This document shows, piece after piece, positions 9,642-19,271 of a stretch of DNA of 64,000 nt (positions are counted from its first letter, which is position 1; each line of letters opens with the position of its first letter). The position numbers and the translations under genes are program-made. The stretch spans positions 128,001 through 192,000 of the forward strand of contig JACQID010000006.1 in assembly GCA_016198685.1 (NCBI GenBank). The letters are read 5' to 3'. This stretch comes from Candidatus Aenigmatarchaeota archaeon. Lineage in GTDB: Archaea; Aenigmatarchaeota; Aenigmatarchaeia; GW2011-AR5. The notes under the pieces are model-generated. The model had not been told where the DNA came from. It saw only the letters and a list, made by a program, of their open reading frames with translations, and searched no databases.

Positions 9642-10556
9642 ATGGATAAGAAAGAATTCAATAATTGGGCAGTAGGTATATCGGTCGTGCGTTCAATAAA
9701 CGGGAATTTCAATGCAGACATATCGAGAATGCCAAGAACGCTTCCTGACAAAAAAGGAACAATATATGCAACTGACAAGGCACTCAAATATTGCATAAGA
9801 AACTATTTGGTTAATGCTAAGAAGGCCAAGGTCTTTATGTGGAGAAGGCAGAACGATAAGCGTGAGCCACTGAACATAGATGAAAATTTCAACGTATTAT
9901 TCAAAAAAGATCCCAAAAGAAGTACCAGAGAAGAAATACTTAATACCCTTCTTACGTGTATTGATGTAAGACTCTTTGGATGTACATATGCTGGAGAAAA
10001 AAATAATATTGCGATACACGGGACAACCCAAATTTCATACGGAGTGAATGGTATTCAAGATAATCTTGTTTACTCAAATCAAATATTAAGTCCGTTCCAA
10101 AACTTGAAGAAAGGCGATACGACCCAAGCAACAATGGGCGATGAGTCAAAGGCCCTTGATGTCTGTTATGTGTATGACTACAACATAAACCCAAACAATA
10201 TTGGCGCGGATAATGAACAGAGGCTAACTGAAGATGATGTCGAAACGTTTAAGGAAGCTTTGTGCAGGGGAGTAAACAGTGTTAACACGACCACAAAAAT
10301 CGGTTCGGAAACGCTGTTAGTAGTATACGTAGAATTGAACAAGCCAAAAATGCTACAAAATCTGAAAAAGCTTATTCAAATATCAAAGGACAATGAAGGA
10401 AACGTGGCCATAAATATTACTAAACTTGTGGAATATCTAAAGAAATTTGATGGCGATATAGTAAAATCGCAAATTTTTCACGAAAAGGAAAAAACAAATG
10501 TCGTGAACGAAGAGAAATGGGGCAAACTTAAAGAAACAGACCTATTCGGCGAGTGA
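9642..10556 (+). CDS. cas7: Cas7 (Csh2/Cas7b type)
   Basis: NGNFNADISRMPR, YATDKALKYCIRNYL, CIDVRLFG. Confidence 0.92.
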   Translation: MDKKEFNNWAVGISVVRSINGNFNADISRMPRTLPDKKGTIYATDKALKYCIRNYLVNAKKAKVFMWRRQNDKREPLNIDENFNVLFKKDPKRSTREEILNTLLTCIDVRLFGCTYAGEKNNIAIHGTTQISYGVNGIQDNLVYSNQILSPFQNLKKGDTTQATMGDESKALDVCYVYDYNINPNNIGADNEQRLTEDDVETFKEALCRGVNSVNTTTKIGSETLLVVYVELNKPKMLQNLKKLIQISKDNEGNVAINITKLVEYLKKFDGDIVKSQIFHEKEKTNVVNEEKWGKLKETDLFGE

Positions 10557-10562
10557 TTAAAA

Positions 10563-11315
10563 ATGAGCAAAGTACTGCAGATCTTAGTTAGTTCAGAGTT
10601 TGCTCTGTTTAAACGGAATGACAGTAACGAATTTGCTCTTACATACAATTTTCCCCCGAAAACCCAGATTCTTGGATTACTGGGGGCAATAATTGGTCTT
10701 TCGGGCTATTCTAAGAATGAAAGTAAAGCCGATTTTTATGAAAAACTTAAAGGCTTCAAAGTGGCGATAATACCTGTAGACGAAAATAATAAAGCTGTTA
10801 CAGAACCACCAAAAAAGACTGTTATAACATACAACAACTATCATGGATATGGGAGTATGGAAGAAGGGGGCATACTTCAGGTGAGGGAGCAATTATTGAT
10901 TGAACCTAGATATAGAATATTTATTTTTGGGGAAGGCGAGTATTATGATAAATTAAAAAAGAAACTGGAAATGCACGAATATTTTTATACGCCTTACTTG
11001 GGAAAAAATGAATTTCTTGCGGTAGTTGAGTATGAAGGAGAGAAAGACGCGATAAAAACAACGAAAGGAAATATAAAAATTTCAAGTATTTTCTTGAGAG
11101 ATTATGGCATATTTGCGATGTCCGAGCGAGGAAACAGGAATGAGATACAATTTATTATTGTGGAAGAATACCCTGTTTCATTCGATACAAATTATTTGTA
11201 TCAGAAAAAAATCGTTATATATTCGGACGGCATGCATATTCCGAACTATGAGAAGGTAGAAAAAGACGGTTTTAGAATACTTGAAGTCGAAGGACAGCAT
11301 TTATTTTTTATATAA
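10563..11315 (+). CDS. cas5: Cas5 (type I-B)
   Basis: FALFKRNDS...LTYNFPPKTQILGLLGAIIG, YTPYLGKNEF. Confidence 0.92.
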   Translation: MSKVLQILVSSEFALFKRNDSNEFALTYNFPPKTQILGLLGAIIGLSGYSKNESKADFYEKLKGFKVAIIPVDENNKAVTEPPKKTVITYNNYHGYGSMEEGGILQVREQLLIEPRYRIFIFGEGEYYDKLKKKLEMHEYFYTPYLGKNEFLAVVEYEGEKDAIKTTKGNIKISSIFLRDYGIFAMSERGNRNEIQFIIVEEYPVSFDTNYLYQKKIVIYSDGMHIPNYEKVEKDGFRILEVEGQHLFFI

Positions 11316-11334
11316 ATATGAACAGGATAATTGT

Positions 11335-13983
11335 ATGCTGGAAACTTTATGGGCGTATGAACATATATTTCCTAAAAACGTTTTAGAGAATATATATGCC
11401 CATACAGATGACGCTGGAAATTATGAATCCATGGAGATGCACGGGGAAAGAACTCTTTCTAAAGCAAATGATATTATCTCAAAACTGCATCTTAGTAATA
11501 TTTTGACGACGCTGAACGGTAAATTATACACAGAACTCAATAGCAATTGCCCCAATGACACTATGAGTCAGGAAGAATTTAATTCTAATATGAAGGTACT
11601 TCTGGGAACCATTATTTACCTTCACGATATTGGAAAAATAAATAAAAAATATCAACATGAGAGGCTTGAAAATAATGGTGGAGGAATTGACGGGTTCATA
11701 AATTCTTATCATAGCGCTTATGGGCATATGCTAATAAATCAACTTTTGTTCTCTAAAAAATTGGACACGCCTTTTTATAAAAATAGCAGACTTGAATTTT
11801 GTGCTATAGTGCTTACGACTATCATCAATAGACATCACACGCCATTGCTTGATGTAAAACAATCACCTAGATATAATAGTAGAGGCGTTTGGGACAATTA
11901 TAGTAAGCAAATAGATGAGAATTCAATAGGTTTAGCGAATGCTTGCAAACAATCTATTGTAGGAGAGTTTGATATAGAAGTTGAACAGAACAATAAACAC
12001 ATGTACTCTCAATACTTGGAGAATGGGCGAATGCCCGATAGTATGTTTTTTATGTACAAACTATGGTATTCTATTCTTGTTCAAGCGGACTGTTTTGCTG
12101 CCGAATTATTTTCAGAAAAGAAAGAACCCGAAATAAATTTCATTGACAAAACATTAATGGTGGAGTTGCAGAATAATTTTTATTCTACAAAAGAATATAA
12201 TAGTGAACTCGGAAAAAAAGATTACCTTTTGGGTATGCCAGTAGAAAAAATTGAAGACATTAATGCTCTTAGAACAAGGATGCTATTAGAGGCTTGCCAT
12301 ACACTTAGAAAGCATGGGGAGAAAAGAATCTTTTATTTGGATGTTCCAACAGGCGGCGGCAAGACGAATATATCAATAAAGCTCGCACTTGATTTAGTGG
12401 GAAAAGAAAATCTTGTCAGAATAAATTATGTGTTTCCTTTTGTTAATATTATAGAACAAAACCATAGCGAAATAGAAAAAACTCTTAGGCAGGAGGGAAA
12501 GGATACGATATCAAAAATATATATGCTTTCTGACTGGGGGTTTGACGGGGAAACAGAAAAAGAGAACTTTAGACTCAGAAATCAGAGGTTTCTAAACTAT
12601 CCGGTGAATGTAGTATCCAATGCAAATTTTTTTAATATATTCCTTAAAAATTCAAAGAAGGCGACTATCAAGATATTAGAATTATGTAACAGCGTTGTGA
12701 TACTTGACGAAATCCAATCATTGCCTAATAAAAAATGGATTTATTTCGTAACGTTATTGAAGGGACTTTCAGAATTATATAATATATATTTCATTATAAT
12801 GAGTGCCACATTGCCAGATTTACGATTATTATTGGGCGAGGAAGGGAAAAAACAGTTTGACGCAATCAATCTATTAGCTCACCCTGAAATTTATGCAAAA
12901 CATTCGCGAATGAAGCGGGTTACTTATCAAATAATGAAAGATGCCGATCCAGAGAACGAAATTGATGAAATATTTAAAATATACAAAAATATAATTGCAC
13001 AAGAAAAATACAAGAAAATACTTATTGTTGTTAATACCATCGCGGATAGCATAGAAATATATAAAAAAATAGCGAGCCCTAAAGGGTTCAAAGTATTTCT
13101 TCTGAATTCTGCAACTCTGTCTCATAGAAAGAAGGAAGTAATCGATAGCGTAAAATCCGAGCAAAACGTCATTTTGGTATCTACTCAATCTGTTGAAGCT
13201 GGCGTGGACATAGATTGTGATGTTGGTATAAGGTCCGATGCACCTCTTGATTCTATAGAGCAAGTTGCTGGTAGAGTAAACAGAAATGGAGTAAAATCCG
13301 TTAAATTATCAAAAGTTTTTGTAGTGCCTTCCAAATCGAAAAAGAATGTCTATGCGGAAGATATTAGAAACATGTTTGACATAACTGGAGTTAATGGCTT
13401 AGATTGTGAAACTCTGTTGCTGAATCGGGATTTTGATTCCTATTACAGAAAAATAATGGAGCGTGTTCTGGAAAGAGAGGATATGACTAAAACGAATAAA
13501 TCACAATTGCTGGAGCCTATGAATAATCTTGAGTTTGATACATTGAACCGACAAGATTATATCGAATCTAAAAGTTTCTCAATTTTCTTGCCTGTAAAAA
13601 TAGATTTGAAATATTTTACAAAGCATATGGAATTTATCAATCGAAATAATCTGTCAATAAATGGTCATCTTGACGGTAAGAAAGTTTGGGAATTCTACAT
13701 TGGCAATAAAGATAGTAGATTCATTGGCGCTAATAACATGAAAAAAATGCAAATATTGATACAAAGCTTCTGCATCAATCTGACGGAGCCAAAAAGCTCG
13801 AAAAATACATTGAATTTTAGAGAGTTTATAAAATCTTCTCTTAATTTTGCTCAGGAAAGCGAACAAAATATTCTATTCGCGGACGAAAATTTTGTAAACA
13901 AATATTTTGATGAAAATTTTGGTTTGGATATACAAAAAATAAGAAACGATTTCAAAGAATCGAGAGATATGACCATTATCTAA
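11335..13983 (+). CDS. cas3: Cas3 HD nuclease-helicase
   Basis: YLHDIGK, RHH, VQAD (HD domain); VPTGGGKT, ILDEIQ, MSAT, QSVEAGVDID, QVAGRVNRNG (SF2). Confidence 0.96.
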   Translation: MLETLWAYEHIFPKNVLENIYAHTDDAGNYESMEMHGERTLSKANDIISKLHLSNILTTLNGKLYTELNSNCPNDTMSQEEFNSNMKVLLGTIIYLHDIGKINKKYQHERLENNGGGIDGFINSYHSAYGHMLINQLLFSKKLDTPFYKNSRLEFCAIVLTTIINRHHTPLLDVKQSPRYNSRGVWDNYSKQIDENSIGLANACKQSIVGEFDIEVEQNNKHMYSQYLENGRMPDSMFFMYKLWYSILVQADCFAAELFSEKKEPEINFIDKTLMVELQNNFYSTKEYNSELGKKDYLLGMPVEKIEDINALRTRMLLEACHTLRKHGEKRIFYLDVPTGGGKTNISIKLALDLVGKENLVRINYVFPFVNIIEQNHSEIEKTLRQEGKDTISKIYMLSDWGFDGETEKENFRLRNQRFLNYPVNVVSNANFFNIFLKNSKKATIKILELCNSVVILDEIQSLPNKKWIYFVTLLKGLSELYNIYFIIMSATLPDLRLLLGEEGKKQFDAINLLAHPEIYAKHSRMKRVTYQIMKDADPENEIDEIFKIYKNIIAQEKYKKILIVVNTIADSIEIYKKIASPKGFKVFLLNSATLSHRKKEVIDSVKSEQNVILVSTQSVEAGVDIDCDVGIRSDAPLDSIEQVAGRVNRNGVKSVKLSKVFVVPSKSKKNVYAEDIRNMFDITGVNGLDCETLLLNRDFDSYYRKIMERVLEREDMTKTNKSQLLEPMNNLEFDTLNRQDYIESKSFSIFLPVKIDLKYFTKHMEFINRNNLSINGHLDGKKVWEFYIGNKDSRFIGANNMKKMQILIQSFCINLTEPKSSKNTLNFREFIKSSLNFAQESEQNILFADENFVNKYFDENFGLDIQKIRNDFKESRDMTII

Positions 13984-14009
13984 TTTTCTGCGTGCAACGA
14001 CACAGAACC

Positions 14010-14118
14010 CATACATTTTCTTATTTTTCCGCTTCAAACACGGCAAAAATGATAGGTCTGCCGTCCAAAAACAAGAAAGGCTTAATAAATTTTAATATTA
14101 TGATAGATTATAGTAATC
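14010..14118 (-). ncRNA. candidate CRISPR-like regulatory RNA (degenerate mini-array)
   Basis: Minus strand: pseudo-repeat ending TAATATTAAAAT (array repeat ends TAGTATTGAAAT), a 49-nt spacer (24 nt plus a 6-bp hairpin), then GTTTGAAG (exact first 8 nt of the repeat). The first 13 spacer nt match 7026-7038 at 12/13. Confidence 0.35.
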
Positions 14119-14195
14119 AAAAATGATAACTTTAACGTATAAAAACACTGAAAATAATGTTTTAATAGTATATAGTAATCAATATTGATTACTAT
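14110..14195. promoter_or_regulatory. twin 24-bp inverted repeats, probable AbiEi operators
   Basis: Perfect palindrome ATAGTAATCAATATTGATTACTAT (14172-14195) and a 20/24 copy (14110-14133). TTTAAA at 14210-14215 precedes ATG 14237. Confidence 0.7.
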
Positions 14196-14236
14196 GATAA
14201 AACAAAGTATTTAAACAATGGCACGAATATAGAAAT

Positions 14237-14938
14237 ATGAAGACGATAGAACTCCTGCAGAAGCTAAGAACTATGCCAGTTTTCACGGTAAATGATCTCT
14301 CCCGCATCCTGGGCAAAAGCGACAAATACGTGAAAGTTGTTGCGTACAGGCTCTGCAAACAGGGTCTTGTGAAGCGCATTGAGAGAGGGAAATATACCGT
14401 ATATGACGATGCTGTGGAAATAGCGTCGTACATAACAACGCCTTCTTACATAAGCTTCTGGACGGCTCTTCGCATATACGGTCTTACCGAGCAGCTACCG
14501 TCAGACGCTATGGTAGCAGTAACGAAGCCCAAAAAAGAGATAGATTTTGGGGGCACGAAAATAGCGTTTGCGAAAACGCGCCATTTCTGGGCGTATGGCA
14601 AGATGCGCTACAGAGAATTTGACATATTCATTGCAGACAAGGAGAAGTCCGTGATAGACAGCATGCTCTCGAAAAATACGCCGTTTGAAGAAGCGGCCAA
14701 GGCAATCTTGAGCGGCAAACTGAACTATGAAAAGCTTGTGGAATACGTTCGGAAGACTAAAAATCAATCGCTTGCCAAACGCGTTGGGTATCTCATGGAG
14801 AAAAATAAGGTTGATGCCAATGGACTCCTCGGCATGGTCGGGACATTGTATACGCGCTTAGACACATCGAGGAAAGTCAAAGGGAAGAGGGATTTCCGTT
14901 GGAAAATAATCGTCAATTCGGATGTGGATAAAATATGA
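14237..14938 (+). CDS. abiEi: AbiEi-like type IV antitoxin (N-terminal wHTH)
   Basis: VFTVNDLSRIL...RIERGKY, PSYISFWTALRIYGLTEQ, ADKEKSVID, AKRVGYL. Confidence 0.88.
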   Translation: MKTIELLQKLRTMPVFTVNDLSRILGKSDKYVKVVAYRLCKQGLVKRIERGKYTVYDDAVEIASYITTPSYISFWTALRIYGLTEQLPSDAMVAVTKPKKEIDFGGTKIAFAKTRHFWAYGKMRYREFDIFIADKEKSVIDSMLSKNTPFEEAAKAILSGKLNYEKLVEYVRKTKNQSLAKRVGYLMEKNKVDANGLLGMVGTLYTRLDTSRKVKGKRDFRWKIIVNSDVDKI

Positions 14939-15717
14939 TATCTTTGGAAGAACTGAAATCGAAGGCAAAGTTAAAGGGGCTCGGGTTAGGAAACGCCGAA
15001 AAGGATTACCTGCTTGACTTGGTGCTTTTTTGGATATCAAAGAATACGAGAGACGAACTTATTTTCAAGGGAGGGACATGCCTGTACAAGTTTTACGGTC
15101 TGGGACGGTTTAGCGAGGACGTGGACTTTACCGCGGCGAAGCCAATAGACGTCGAGAGGTTATTGCAATCTATAACATCGGGCATAGAGCAATTCGGGAT
15201 AAACTGCCATGTCAGGGAAAAAAGAGAGCCCTTCAATTCGGTTCTTGCAACCATTAGATGCGAGGGTCCCCTTTACAACGGCACGCCGCAGACGTATTCA
15301 AGCGTCAGGATAGACATAAACAAGAAGTCCAGCATAGACATGGCGCCCGTGCTCAAGAGCTACTCTTCCATATATACTGAAATTCCATCATTCTCCATCC
15401 TGACGATGCAAGAGGGCGAAATAATGGCGGAAAAGGCGAGGGCTATCGTGACGAGGAACAAGGCCAGGGACTTGTATGACTTGTGGCATCTTATGACAAA
15501 AGGCATAATTATAGACAAAAACGTGATAGCGAAAAAGCTGGAATACTATAAAGCAGAATTTAACTATGCGGAATTTGAAAAAGCGGTAAAGGAAAAGGAA
15601 TCCGTGTGGGAAAGGGATCTTAAACCGCTTATAAGGAATTTGCCGGACTTTAATGAAATCCAAAAATCTGTACTCTCCGAGGCCAAAAAATGGAACTCCC
15701 GAAAGAAGCGTCAGTGA
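14935..15717 (+). CDS. abiEii: AbiEii-like nucleotidyltransferase toxin
   Basis: LIFKGGTCLYKFYGLGRFSEDVDF, MAEKARA, KARDLYDL. 4-nt overlap with abiEi. Confidence 0.92.
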   Translation: MISLEELKSKAKLKGLGLGNAEKDYLLDLVLFWISKNTRDELIFKGGTCLYKFYGLGRFSEDVDFTAAKPIDVERLLQSITSGIEQFGINCHVREKREPFNSVLATIRCEGPLYNGTPQTYSSVRIDINKKSSIDMAPVLKSYSSIYTEIPSFSILTMQEGEIMAEKARAIVTRNKARDLYDLWHLMTKGIIIDKNVIAKKLEYYKAEFNYAEFEKAVKEKESVWERDLKPLIRNLPDFNEIQKSVLSEAKKWNSRKKRQ

Positions 15718-16190
15718 CAGGCGTCCAAGTTGCGTATTACATTATATGCAAACGCAAGTTGTGGCTATTTTCACATAAGATAACGATGGAGCATACTTCC
15801 GAGAAGGTCGCGATGGGAAGGATGCTTCATGAGGAATCATATGGTAGGAAGAAGAAGGAAATTGGGATAGGCAGCATAAAGATAGATTTTATCGAAAACA
15901 AAGGCGAAATCCACGAAGTGAAAAAGTCGAAAAGCCTTGAAGACGCCCACGAATGGCAGATGCTGTATTATCTCTATTATTTCAAGAAGTTGGGTATGGA
16001 CATGAAAGGGAAGATAGATTATCCGCTCACGCGGCAGAGGGTCGATGTGACGCTCACAGAAGAAAAAGAAAAACAGCTGGAACAGATTTTACGAGAAATC
16101 CAATCGATAACAGGCAAAGACTCGCCGCAAGAGCCTGTAAAACTCCCGTACTGCAAATCCTGCAGTTATTTCAATTTCTGCTGGTGCTGA
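15690..16190 (+). CDS. cas4: Cas4
   Basis: YYIICKRKLWL, KIDFI..EVKKS, CKSCSYFNFC. Confidence 0.96.
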   Translation: MELPKEASVTGVQVAYYIICKRKLWLFSHKITMEHTSEKVAMGRMLHEESYGRKKKEIGIGSIKIDFIENKGEIHEVKKSKSLEDAHEWQMLYYLYYFKKLGMDMKGKIDYPLTRQRVDVTLTEEKEKQLEQILREIQSITGKDSPQEPVKLPYCKSCSYFNFCWC

Positions 16191-16327
16191 CAGTTAGCGA
16201 GCTTTAAATAATCACTTATGAGCACAGGTTGTGATATGAGCTTATCAAAACGCAATGTCTTGTGTGAGAAAACCATTTATTAAACAAAGGCGAGAGTAAT
16301 ATATATTTCTGATGCGCAGATGATGCA

Positions 16328-17317
16328 ATGGAAAAGAATTATTACATACTCAAAAGTGGCCGGCTCAGAAGGAAGCAGAATACGGTTTACTTCGAGGACA
16401 AAGACGGTCAGAAGCCGATACCGGTAAATGCGATAAATGCTATCTTCGCCTTTGGCGAACTGGACATAAACTCAAAGCTTCTGTTGTTTCTCTCGAAAAA
16501 CAAGATAGCGGTTCATTTTTTTAATTATTACGGTTTCTATTCTGGAAGCTTTTATCCGCGGGAATATCTTCTTTCCGGATTTCTTCTTGTAAAGCAGGCG
16601 GAAAGTTATCTTAACCCGGAGCGGCGGATAAACATAGCCAAAGAATTCATAAGAACCGCATCATTCAATATATTGCAAAACCTTAATTATTATGAGCGGC
16701 AAGGCAAAGACGTTTCTGCGACCATAAGAGCCATAGAATCGGAAAGAAATAATATAGAGACTGCCAGAAATATACCCGAACTGATGGGATCCGAAGGGCG
16801 AATGCGTGATCTCTATTACCAGTCATTTGATTCCATGCTTCGACCGGGCTTCGAGTTTGAGAAGCGCACGAAGAGGCCGCCGGAAAATATGATAAATTGC
16901 CTGATTTCTTTCGGCAATCAGCTCCTTTATACGGCGGTATTGAGTGAAATATACCACACCCAGCTCAATCCCACGATATCGTATCTTCATGAACCCGGAG
17001 CGAGGCGGTTTTCATTAAGCCTTGACGTAAGCGAAGTATTCAAGCCGATAATAGTAGACAGGATAATTTTCAATCTTATCAACAACAGAATAATAAAGGA
17101 GGAGCATTTCGACGACAATCTCAAATTCTGTTATCTGAATGAGGCAGGCCGGAGGATATTCTTGTCGCATTTTGACGAGAAAATGAAAACCACCATACAG
17201 CATAAAACGCTGAAAAGGAAAGTATCTTACCGTACTCTTATAAGGCTCGAATGCTATAGGCTGATAAAACACATAATTGAAGGCAAAAAATATGAAGGCT
17301 TCAGGATGTGGTGGTAA
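16328..17317 (+). CDS. cas1: Cas1 (type I-B)
   Basis: SGRLRRKQNTVYF, FNYYGFYSGSFYPRE, LMGSEG, NCLISFGN, ISYLHEP, LDVSEVFKP. Confidence 0.98.
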   Translation: MEKNYYILKSGRLRRKQNTVYFEDKDGQKPIPVNAINAIFAFGELDINSKLLLFLSKNKIAVHFFNYYGFYSGSFYPREYLLSGFLLVKQAESYLNPERRINIAKEFIRTASFNILQNLNYYERQGKDVSATIRAIESERNNIETARNIPELMGSEGRMRDLYYQSFDSMLRPGFEFEKRTKRPPENMINCLISFGNQLLYTAVLSEIYHTQLNPTISYLHEPGARRFSLSLDVSEVFKPIIVDRIIFNLINNRIIKEEHFDDNLKFCYLNEAGRRIFLSHFDEKMKTTIQHKTLKRKVSYRTLIRLECYRLIKHIIEGKKYEGFRMWW

Positions 17318-17580
17318 TGTACGTTATCATAGTCTACGATATCGCGCAGGAGAGGGTTTCCAAGGCATGCAGCCTGCTGAGGCGATACCTAAATTGGATC
17401 CAAAACTCCGTTTTTGAAGGTGAGGTCTCGGAAAGCGGGCTCCATAAGATAAAACAGGAAATCAAGAAAGTTGTAAAAGAAAGTGAGGATTCAGTCATTT
17501 TCTATGTTACCACGAGCAAAAAAATCGTGGAAAGGGAAGTTCTAGGCATAGAAAAGAATGACACCTCGAACCTGATATGA
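17317..17580 (+). CDS. cas2: Cas2
   Basis: MYVIIVYDI...RRYLNWIQNSVFEGEV; ATG overlaps the cas1 stop (TAATG). Confidence 0.97.
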   Translation: MYVIIVYDIAQERVSKACSLLRRYLNWIQNSVFEGEVSESGLHKIKQEIKKVVKESEDSVIFYVTTSKKIVEREVLGIEKNDTSNLI

Positions 17581-17681
17581 TTTTCGGGGACATTTATATA
17601 TCGGGCTCACTATCCGTACTTCCCGAAACGTGTTTAAAAATACTCGTGAATATACCATAAATAAGCCGGTTTGCCCCGGGT
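17581..17681 (+). promoter_or_regulatory. CRISPR leader
   Basis: About 100 nt between cas2 and the first repeat; TTTATATA at 17593-17600. Confidence 0.75.
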
Positions 17682-18990
17682 GTTTGAAGAGTACTTTTGT
17701 AGTATTGAAATTTACTCCAGGGCATACAGCTTGATCCGGCACAAACTGTTTGAAGAGTACTTTTGTAGTATTGAAATTTTAAGATTCTCATGATTGAGGT
17801 TGTCGATGATGATAAGTTTGAAGAGTACTTTTGTAGTATTGAAATTCGTCCTTCTCGCTCGCTACTCTTGTTGATAACGAACCGTTTGAAGAGTACTTTT
17901 GTAGTATTGAAATCTGAATTTAGATGTTCGCGATTTCGAAGAATTCAAAGGTTTGAAGAGTACTTTTGTAGTATTGAAATGCGAAACTTATTACAGCGAC
18001 CATTATCTCACGTTCATAAGTTTGAAGAGTACTTTTGTAGTATTGAAATTGTGTTAATTTCAGGTGCAGCCACAGACGCATCTGCAGTTTGAAGAGTACT
18101 TTTGTAGTATTGAAATCTTGTTATACCGTTCTCAGTTACGGAAGTGATGGTAGGTTTGAAGAGTACTTTTGTAGTATTGAAATTCGACAGTGTTAGATAT
18201 TGGGTCGCGGAATCTACCGGGTTTGAAGAGTACTTTTGTAGTATTGAAATTCATGCACCCCGATAAGCAAGCCCAAGTATTTGTCTGTTTGAAGAGTACT
18301 TTTGTAGTATTGAAATAAAGAATCTGACGCATGAAACAGGGAATACGCATTTAGTTTGAAGAGTACTTTTGTAGTATTGAAATTCGGGCGCACCGCCTGC
18401 TGGCGCTGTTTCTGAAACGTGTTTGAAGAGTACTTTTGTAGTATTGAAATAGTTCATCGTTCAATTCTCTAAGAGCAAGAATTTCGTCACGGTTTGAAGA
18501 GTACTTTTGTAGTATTGAAATACTGCGAAAACTGCTTCGAGTGCGCCTGACGCAACGCCCAGTTTGAAGAGTACTTTTGTAGTATTGAAATCAGCACGCC
18601 CTTGTCCGTGCTACCAAACTGCCGCTGCGTTTGAAGAGTACTTTTGTAGTATTGAAATTGAGGCCGAAGTTGTAAACAGAAAAGGGGAAAAACGTTTGAA
18701 GAGTACTTTTGTAGTATTGAAATCTGATCGCCTTCAAAGGAGTAGGGCTTGATTTTTCTTTGTTTGAAGAGTACTTTTGTAGTATTGAAATTACCATAGC
18801 GTCATGCTTTCACCTCGTCAAGTAGCCGTTTGAAGAGTACTTTTGTAGTATTGAAATATCAATTTTTCAAGAACATTCTGATATTTGCTTTTAGTTTGAA
18901 GAGTACTTTTGTAGTATTGAAATTATCTCGCCCTGCTTGATTCTATCTCGGCAAAACTAGGTTTGAAGAGTACTTTTGTAGCATTCTTAT
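17682..18990 (+). CRISPR. CRISPR array: 19 identical 30-nt repeats plus a degenerate terminal repeat, 19 spacers of 35-41 nt (mode 37)
   Basis: Repeat GTTTGAAGAGTACTTTTGTAGTATTGAAAT counted from 17682. The last copy at 18961 matches for 21 nt and then diverges. The ATTGAAAT 3' end and leader position give + orientation. Confidence 0.99.
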
Positions 18991-19271
18991 ATCCTGCTGA
19001 TCTTCTCAGAGAGTTTGCGTTTCTCTATGGCAAAATCCTTGAGAAACCGGTAACCCGCGGCGCTAAGCTCGGCGCCTTTTGTCGTAGGCTGCAGGAAGCT
19101 GCATTGCTGTATTATGCGAAGAGAATAGCGTACCTGTTGCGGAGGAATCTCGGTTATTTTAGACAATTTCAGTATACCCAGAGGGCCTTGTTCCGACAGT
19201 AAGCGCATGATTCGTATGTGCCTTTCCATGAGTTGCAGTTCTTTTTTGACATTCTTTATGATTAAAACCAT
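18987..19271 (-). CDS. small archaeal winged-helix transcriptional regulator
   Basis: RHIRIMRLLSEQGPLGILKLSKITEIPPQQVRYSLRII is an HTH pattern. Confidence 0.8.
   Translation of the reverse strand: MVLIIKNVKKELQLMERHIRIMRLLSEQGPLGILKLSKITEIPPQQVRYSLRIIQQCSFLQPTTKGAELSAAGYRFLKDFAIEKRKLSEKISRI

Noticed and set aside
16277-16283. TTATTAA upstream of cas1 as a second target of the candidate crlRNA
   Set aside because: Only 7 nt of AT-rich match, coinciding with a likely TATA box; not significant.
17712-18960. Self-targeting spacers
   Set aside because: No match to this window was seen by eye; a full alignment search is needed to exclude them genome-wide.
17542-19202. Many 60-100-aa ORFs across the array
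   Set aside because: Translations of CRISPR repeats and spacers.
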